This document shows positions 56,691 through 64,000 of a DNA stretch of 64,000 bases, one piece after another. The notes beneath the pieces are model-generated. The model made no database searches, was not told the DNA's origin, and saw only the letters and a list, made by a program, of their open reading frames with translations. Position numbers and translations under genes: made by a program. Within the stretch, counting starts at the first letter, position 1, and each line of letters opens with the position of its first letter. Origin of the DNA: the human T2T-CHM13v2.0 reference genome, Homo sapiens; the NCBI RefSeq assembly GCF_009914755.1, contig NC_060938.1; one strand, written 5' to 3'.

Positions 56691-57879
56691 ATGCCAAATG
56701 CCCTTAATTATAGGGTAAAAATATTTTTAGCAGAGAATACCTTTTTGCAACATAATATCAACGACTCACATTTGTCTGCAATGTTGAAGAATACAATACT
56801 TTGTATAGGCCATGTCCAAATCATGGATATAGTAGATATTGATGTTGGTATATATTCTTTCACATTCAAATCATTTGTCTGAACTTTAAAGTGTTTTAAT
56901 AATTGTTAAAATATAGTATGCTCCATTACATAGTCATAGGGTATCATCAAAAAATTAAAAGATATTTTATATCTTTTATAAAAATAACTTATGTAACGAT
57001 TACTGCAATAAAAATTACTATAGAAGATATTATGCCTTTCCTTGCAAGAAAACAGAAAATGATCCCTAACTTCAGTTACTTCCATTGGAGTAGAATAAAG
57101 ATATAATGACTTAGTATAGGCCTACAGTCTTTCCCTTTAATTCAACTGTAATGTTAAGTACTGATTTACTAAACCATTTTCTGACAAAATTCAGAGTTTG
57201 TGTTTTGTTTGTGAAGGTAATATATCAGATAAGGTGGGATAAGTAAGCATAGGGAGAAGAAATGCTATGGGGAATGTGAGAATTGCCAATGTAGATCTTT
57301 CTACTGAAAAAGATACTGTTGTCTTGAATAGACCATTTAAATTGCCATTTTTTTTGGTATCATAAAGCTCATCTCACAAATATCTTAGCCCTACTCCATA
57401 TTTACTTGTGGGGTTTTCAGGTAAATCACTTGGGTGAACCGGTATAAAAATTGTTTGTGTCTCCTAAGGCTATAGTGTAGAGTGGAGATAATAACTAATA
57501 CATAATACAGAAAAGGTACTAAGAAGGATAACTGGCACATGATACAGTCTGCCTCTGTTCTCAGCTAACAGACACACAGCAAATGTAAATGTGTGGATAC
57601 ACAAACACACACATACATGCAACAAGTTGCATTTGGGTCCTTAAACTTATAAAATAATACTTAGTGATATTTTTAGATTTCTATTAATGCATATTACTTA
57701 CAAACAATATTCATACCCCTATGAGTAAGTGGGTAGAAATGATCAAATGAATGGAATAGTTATGCCTGAGATAGGGTTGTGTGCAGGAGACCTCCGCTTT
57801 TCTTTTTTTATTCCAGATGAAAAGAAAACAGTAATCACAGGATTGGCAAAAATTAAAAAAAAAAAAGTAAGAAGACATT

Positions 57880-58830
57880 ATTTTAAATGAATTAATTGCT
57901 GGAAAAATAAGTGCAGTATCTACCTTTGATGCATTGACAAGTTGGTTGAATAAGCCCTGAGAAAACTAAATGCAAGGCAACCTGAAAAGAATAGAGCAAC
58001 TCATCTCCACAAATACCTGTTAACTATTCCGAGCATCGCCAGTGCTGATTATGTCATTTGGTTTGGCACCCTTTGAATACATGGCAGTGAAATTGTTTCC
58101 TGCCAAGCTATCTTGTTAAATGAGTGTATGGACTTTGTATTCCAATTAAAAGCAAAGGGTTGGTGGCATTTGTGTATACTGCTGATGCCTGTCCGTTTTA
58201 CTTTAACTAAAATTGAACCTGTTTTTTCTCTTATCAAAAAAACCTCAACATGGTAACTCAGCCCAACACCTCTGTTTCTTTTTCTCTTCTGACCACCTGC
58301 CTGACATATATTTTTTTAACTGACTACTTTTTATTCAGTTAAAGAGGAGTGTTAGCATTGCAGCCCAGGAACACTTGGTTCTATTTAAAACAAAAGCCTA
58401 CTGTTGAATTCAATGTCATGGTTAAGGTTTACAGCATTGAAGAACTGCCTTGATAAATGGCCCTGACATTAAAGCTTCCAGGACTCCACCTACAATGTCA
58501 TCACAACACAGTGTGTTAAAGTATAGCCATGGCTGCCTCCCCAAAACATATTAACTTGATGCTTACTCTATCTCTGGATCCCATAGGCACAATAAATAGA
58601 AAAAATAACACATTTACAAACTGATAAAACCCAGTAAAGCTAATAAAATCAGACACTTTATAGTTCAGCTAATCGTGTCCTTTGAAGGGCATCAAATAAC
58701 ACATCATGTACTGCTCAGGGGGAAATCAAATTAGGTGCAGCAATGTCCCTTCAGAACTAACACATTTGAATAGACCGGAGCTATTGTAGCTAATCAACTT
58801 GTAGATGTTTTATCCTTAATACAATGTTTA
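57880..58830. promoter_or_regulatory. Putative non-coding enhancer-like island
   Basis: No recognisable repeat; three TCF/LEF CCTTTGAW sites and several TGACA/TGTCA motifs. Function is inference only. Confidence 0.3.
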
Positions 58831-59413
58831 TATTAACTGAATTTTATGCAGTTTGGGTATGAAAAGGTAGAAAATACTTCCTTAAAGTGTTGCTCAGTTT
58901 GTTTTCTGAATCCTTTGGCTTTTATTTGTAATAAGTGTGTCACAACGATGTATACAAATCTGCAAAAGGTGTTCAAAAATCACTTAGCCTACAAGAACTT
59001 GACTGAGTTACTCAGTTTTCAGAGTGACTCTTCCCTCCATTTGTTGCTCTTCATGTCTCCAACTCCAAATGATCACCATATCATTGGTTCAGGAAGACAT
59101 AACTGATAAAGCCAAGTGTCTTTTTCCAGGGTGTTTAATTCTGCCTTAAACAAAAGTCTATTCAGAGAAAGCTGCTATATTTGTTAATCTCCAAATTCTT
59201 AAACTCAGGATTAATATTCTTTTATTATGGGCCACTTCTTTTCCATTAAAACTTTTAAATTGCCAATAAAATATAAAAACACCCATTTATAGGAAAGACA
59301 GTTAAGAATACACAAGACTAAAGATATCCTTTAGGGAAGAGGACATTGGGGCATAGAAAGAGGATCTGTGAGTAAAGATCTTAGAGAAGAAATGAGACAT
59401 TAATGTTCTAAAA

Positions 59414-59615
59414 CAGGGGTCAGCAATCTATGGCCTGTGAGCCAAATCTGTCACACTTGCTTTTGTAAATAAAGTTTTATTGGACACATCTACATTTAAT
59501 TGTTAACATATTATCTCTGGATGCTTTCACATAGTTGTGCTACCTATCATATGTCCTGCAAAGCCAAAAATGTTTTAGTGTGTGACCCTCTACAGAAAAT
59601 AATTGCCAACCACTA
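59414..59615 (+). mobile_element. MER58A-like hAT-Charlie DNA transposon
   Basis: CAGGGGTCAGCAA.CTATGGCCTGTGAGCCAAATCTG...TTTTGTAAATAAAGTTTTATTGG...CCTGCAAAGCCAAAAAT...TTGCCAACC. Confidence 0.85.
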
Positions 59616-59676
59616 TTACAAGGTTCTAAAGTCCTTATTAAAGGAAAAGGAATGAAAAAAAGATAAAGAATATGAT

Positions 59677-59895
59677 TCCCACTTATGAACACATGGACAC
59701 AGAGGGGAACAACACACCCTGGGACCTTGTAGAGGGTGGAGGGTGGGAGGAGGGAGAGGAACAGGAAAAATAACTACTGGGTACTAGGCTTAATACCTGG
59801 GTGATGAAATAATCTGTACAACAACCCCCAGGACACAACTTTACCTATGTAACAAACCTGCCCTTGTACCCATGAAATTAAAATAAAAGTTAAAA
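59677..59895 (+). mobile_element. L1PA (older, PA13-16-like) 3' end
   Basis: GAACACATGGACACAGAGGGGAACAACACAC...GGGTACTAGGCTTAATACCTGGGTGATGAAATAATCTGTACAAC. Near-TSD AAAGAATAT / AAAGAACAT. Confidence 0.9.
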
Positions 59896-60109
59896 GAACA
59901 TAAAAGGAGGCTATATCATGTTCATTAACATGAAGACTCAATGTTCTAAAGTCATTATTCTTCCTAAGTTAATTTATAAGTTCATCAGAATCCTCATAAA
60001 GCATGTATCAAGTTTAAATAAATGATTCCTATAGAATAAAGCCTATATATTTAAGTGTAACCAAATAACATCTTTGCCACGAAAAAATCTAGGTGTCAGT
60101 GAGACCACA

Positions 60110-60912
60110 TTGATCAAAGTGAATGATTTAACAAATAACTAAATAATAAATTGGGGTACTAGACAAATCTTCCATGTAGAAGAATACCAAATAGCATGTA
60201 TATTGTCTGTCCTTAAGAAGGTGAAACATTTACTTCCCACTTCTTAAATGTGAGCTACACATAGAAACTTCTTCCAAAGATTACAAAATGGAAAGGAAGA
60301 AAAAAAAAAAAAAGAGTAACTTTATAGTGAAGAACCTAACAAACACTTCCTCATGCAGGTGATCAAGGTCAACATCAACAGTGATAAGTCAGGCTGACAA
60401 TATGTACCCTTGGCATGTTGTGATAAAAGTGACATTTTATCTCTGTAGTCTTTCCCTCAAAAACACACAACCCCAGTCTAATCATGAGAAAAACATCAGA
60501 CAAATCAAAACTGTGGGACATTCTACAAAATGTCTGACAAGGACTCCTGAAACCTGTCATGGTCATTAAAAAGAAGAAAAGTTTGAGAAATTCTCACAGA
60601 TAGGAGGAGCTGAAAGAGACAGGACAATTAAGTGTAATGTGGTATCCTGGATGGATCCTGAAACAGAAAAGGACTAGATAAAAAATAAGAAAATATGAAT
60701 ACTATGGGCTTTAGTTATCAATAATGTATGACTATTAGTTCATAAATTATAACACATGTTTCATACCAACGTAAGAAGCTAATAGAGGAACTTGGATGTG
60801 GCATATTTGGGAACTTTGTATACTATCTTTGTTTTTTGTTTTGTTTTGTTTTTGTTTGTTTTTCAGTTTGTAAATCTAACCTGTGTTAAAATTTAAGAGT
60901 TTATTTTTAAAA
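60110..60912 (+). mobile_element. L1MD/L1MC-type 3' UTR containing (TTTTG)n
   Basis: GAGTAACTTTATAGTGAAGAACCT...CAGGTGATCAAGGTCAACATCAACAGTGATAAGTCA...CCCAGTCTAATCATGAGAAAAACATCAGACAAA. Confidence 0.85.
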
Positions 60913-62074
60913 TCCTGGGAAGTATAGTATAATACCATTTGATCATTGCTTTCTTCAGATCTTTTTAATGATTTTAAATGTAGTCAAAACTATATTTCAC
61001 ATATAAGGAAGATTACAAAAGAAAGCAAACATCGAAGAACTGTGTGATGCCTTATATGTTGAGTATTAGGACAATATGAAGTTCCTTTATAAAAATGCTT
61101 AACTAGTCTAAACACTATAAACAAAAAGTCATTGTATGTAGATAACTGCAAACCTGGAAAAGAAGAGTCTGTGGGGATCAGAAGAAATTTTAGTTCCTGC
61201 ATTACTATTCCTCTGCCATGCTTCCTATATCAAGAGCTGCTGATAGGCTTTAGTGAGTTGGCCAGGGCCTCACAATTACTTCCTAACCCTCAACCACTCT
61301 TGAAGTCCTGTATCGTACTAAAGGATGAAGAGGTATGTGATTTAACCACTCCATTCATTTTGTTTCCCTTTTGTCTTTGTTCCCTCTGCTTTTGTGAAGC
61401 CTCTACGTTTTCATTTATACTATCTACAGAGTTGCCAAACAAGTATCTGTAATTTGGGGAAAGAAAACATATATTTGTATTCCATGCTATCATTTTATCT
61501 TTAGGATGTTATCAGAACATTAGAACCACCGGAAATCCATATGCCAAGATTTTAAAATCATGTATAAGAGTGCATTAGCTGCTGTACTGATTTTGAGGCA
61601 TCAAAAAGAACATGGGAATAACTTGATTTGAGTTTTTACACTTTTAGGTTGCTTTTAAGTCTACAATACATATTCAGATTCATATTTCTGGAAATTTGTT
61701 CATTAAAAGTGCACACCCAATATAGATAAGGCTTGAAGTTGTGCACCCCTCATTTTTTCTAGTTATTTGATCTTTTAAAAGTTACTTTACCTGAATAATT
61801 TGAGTTTAGGTTTTGTTACATTCAAAATGGTTGTAAAGATAATAATTATATCACTAATGACATTATATCATGGTGATATAATGAAAATATACTTTCTGAC
61901 GTTTAATAAATAACCAACAGTTGATATGTTTAATTAATGACAATAAGTATTATAAATATTATCTTCATGGCTTGGATAGTCAATTGTGATTCAAAAATAA
62001 TTAAATGACTTCTTATTATCATAAAACTAGCAAATGGCAGTATTAAAGTTTGAGCTATTGCCTTTGGAATACCT

Positions 62075-62330
62075 TTATTCATTTATTTGCTTATACAAAA
62101 AAACCCTATCTATGATCTAGTATCAGCAATTCTTCTAGATCTTGAAGCTTGAATTCAAGCAGGAAGGGAGAGAAAAACAGTAAAAATGAATGATAAGATG
62201 TACAGCAAATATATAGTACTTCAGAAGGTGGTATGTGCAATAAAGGTGACAGGGACTATAGGAAGTAGGAAAGAAATATTTTGATATCAGAGGTTTTAAA
62301 CAAGGCTAGCTGCTGAACAAGAATGAAGAC
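62075..62330 (-). mobile_element. L2 fragment
   Basis: TTTATTCATTTATTTGC...TTCTTCTAGATCTTGAAG...CAGAAGGTGGTATGTGCAAT. Confidence 0.45.
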
Positions 62331-63083
62331 AAACAAGGCTGATATGTATAAAGAAGGTAGAGTATGGCAAACTAATTTCTATCATTAAAGGCCTCCCATC
62401 ATTCATACATATTTTTTAGTAATTAAAACATACTCAATGTAACCTCTTTCATACTACAGATAAAAAGTATTGCAATTTTAATTTCGAATGTCAGAAATAA
62501 ATTTACAGTAAATGCAATGGTCATTAGAATGCATCTCTGTGATAATACATAGTTGTATTCTTTTTTCCTAGAAATAATAACTAATAGACAACCTTTTAAA
62601 AATAATTTTGTGCTCATGCTCTGAAACTTTTTTCTGCCATAACCTTGTCTAGTTGATAAATGTTAACATAAAATAAACATCTATATTATTCAAAAACAAG
62701 AATTGCATATTATGATTTCAAAAGTAGTTAATTATTAGCAGAAGGAGAGGAGAGAAATGGTAGGCAGCACTTAAATATCTTTTAAAACATAAGTTAGGTG
62801 TAAAAGGAAGCATATGAATTTAAATTTTAGAAGTTTCCTCTTGGTTTTAGCAGCTCCAAAACGCTATCAGATCTAAACTTATTGGAAAAATAAATAAATA
62901 AATAATAATTTCAATGTTGCATTTGTGATAAATCAACCATTACGGGTTTTGCTAAGTATCTTGCCTGTGCTAGCTATAAAACTACCACAAATTTATAATA
63001 TCACTATATTTAATAATATAATTAGTTTAAGCTAGAATGTTTTCCAGAAAGGCAAATAATTATTTTAGCATTAATAATGGACA

Positions 63084-63086
<3 letters not shown>

Positions 63087-63138
<52 letters not shown>
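63087..63138. repeat. (TA)26 pure microsatellite
   Basis: Uninterrupted TA run. Confidence 0.97.
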
Positions 63139-63141
<3 letters not shown>

Positions 63142-63894
63142 CTCTTTCCCTAGAAACATCATCTCAAATTTCTTACAATAGATTACAAGAAAATAAAAGC
63201 AAATGGATTTCAGAAAAATATAGATTCCTCCAGAGCCGATTCTGGAGATGATCATTTTTTTTCTCAAATAAATGAAAGTTTCACCACTCCACTATGAGAT
63301 TCATTATTTTCATTGAAGTCTGTTGAGAATAAAAGAGAAAAATACTCATATAATCCACAGAATTATTAATAGTAATACCTTCTTACATATCCTTCTAAGA
63401 TGAATTAGGTTTATTTTTCACATAAATACATAGTGGCTCTTACTTCTCCCCTTGTAACTAAAGTTCATTGTCATCTCATTTCTCTTAGCAATTCAGTGGA
63501 CATTACTTGAGGTTAAAATCATGTCAGTTAATCAGGATCTTCAGCTCGTTACAGAGAATGGAAGTTTGCTGCTTGCCAGAACACCTGCGCTCCTCAAACA
63601 GCCCTGGTACCTAATTGTTTCCAGGTGCAGCACATGCTCATTTTGGGCTAATTCAGAATTGTGAATTTCTGCTTCCAGAGAACGCAGTTTGAAAGTTAGA
63701 GTTAACTAATTAAAGAGAATTAACCCTCAGTTAGAAGAGTTGTATGTGCCGCTAGTCCTTAAGATGGAAATTTACAGAATATTAGTTGATGTTCAATTCA
63801 GAAACAGATTTTTCTTGTTGAGCCAACAGAAGCTATTCTTACAAACCTAGGAGACACATTTACATCTGTTAGGGATTACTTTGTGTGGTTCACT

Positions 63895-64000
63895 CTATAA
63901 ATATTAAGGACCCTTTATGTGTCAGGCACTTGAAATACAGCAGTGAGCAAAACAAAGATCCTTCATAAAGCTTATATTATAGAGGGAGACATAACTTTTC
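63895..64000 (-). mobile_element. L2 3' fragment running to window end
   Basis: TAAATATTAAGGACCCTTTATGTGTCAGGCACT...ATACAGCAGTGAGCAAAACAAAGATCC...AGAGGGAGACA. Confidence 0.75.

Noticed and set aside
59730-59762. G-quadruplex-like GGGTGGAGGGTGGGAGGAGGG
   Set aside because: Standard G-rich tract of the L1PA 3' UTR.
63228-63247. Hairpin CTCCAGA-GCCGAT-TCTGGAG
   Set aside because: A 7-bp stem is expected by chance in 64 kb; no ncRNA context.

Overview
AT-rich, CpG-poor primate genomic DNA (AluY/AluS/AluJ, L1PA/PB/MA, THE1, MST and MLT2 elements point to human or ape). It looks like a gene desert or a very large intron. I find no credible protein-coding gene, RNA gene or CpG island. The ORF track is explained by decayed L1 ORF2, MaLR/ERVL internal sequence, Alu, microsatellites or chance. 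Much of the window is recognisable interspersed repeat, with many ERVL/MaLR and ERV1 LTRs and several nested insertions. I do not see a new multi-gene biological system. The best unusual signals are structural: (1) a single insertion at about 24162-25072 that fuses a HERV-L pol/dUTPase fragment to an inverted THE1 tip and a THE1C 3' end, a candidate helper/parasite retroviral chimera; (2) two MER2 copies in inverted orientation sharing a 27-bp perfect stem; (3) an 88-bp tandem duplication with a templated junction; (4) DUX4-type motifs retained in four ERVL/MaLR LTRs; and (5) repeat-free islands with clustered TCF/LEF and TALE motifs that may be enhancers. Repeat subfamily names come from recalled consensus similarity, not a database search. 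Boundaries of old elements are approximate.
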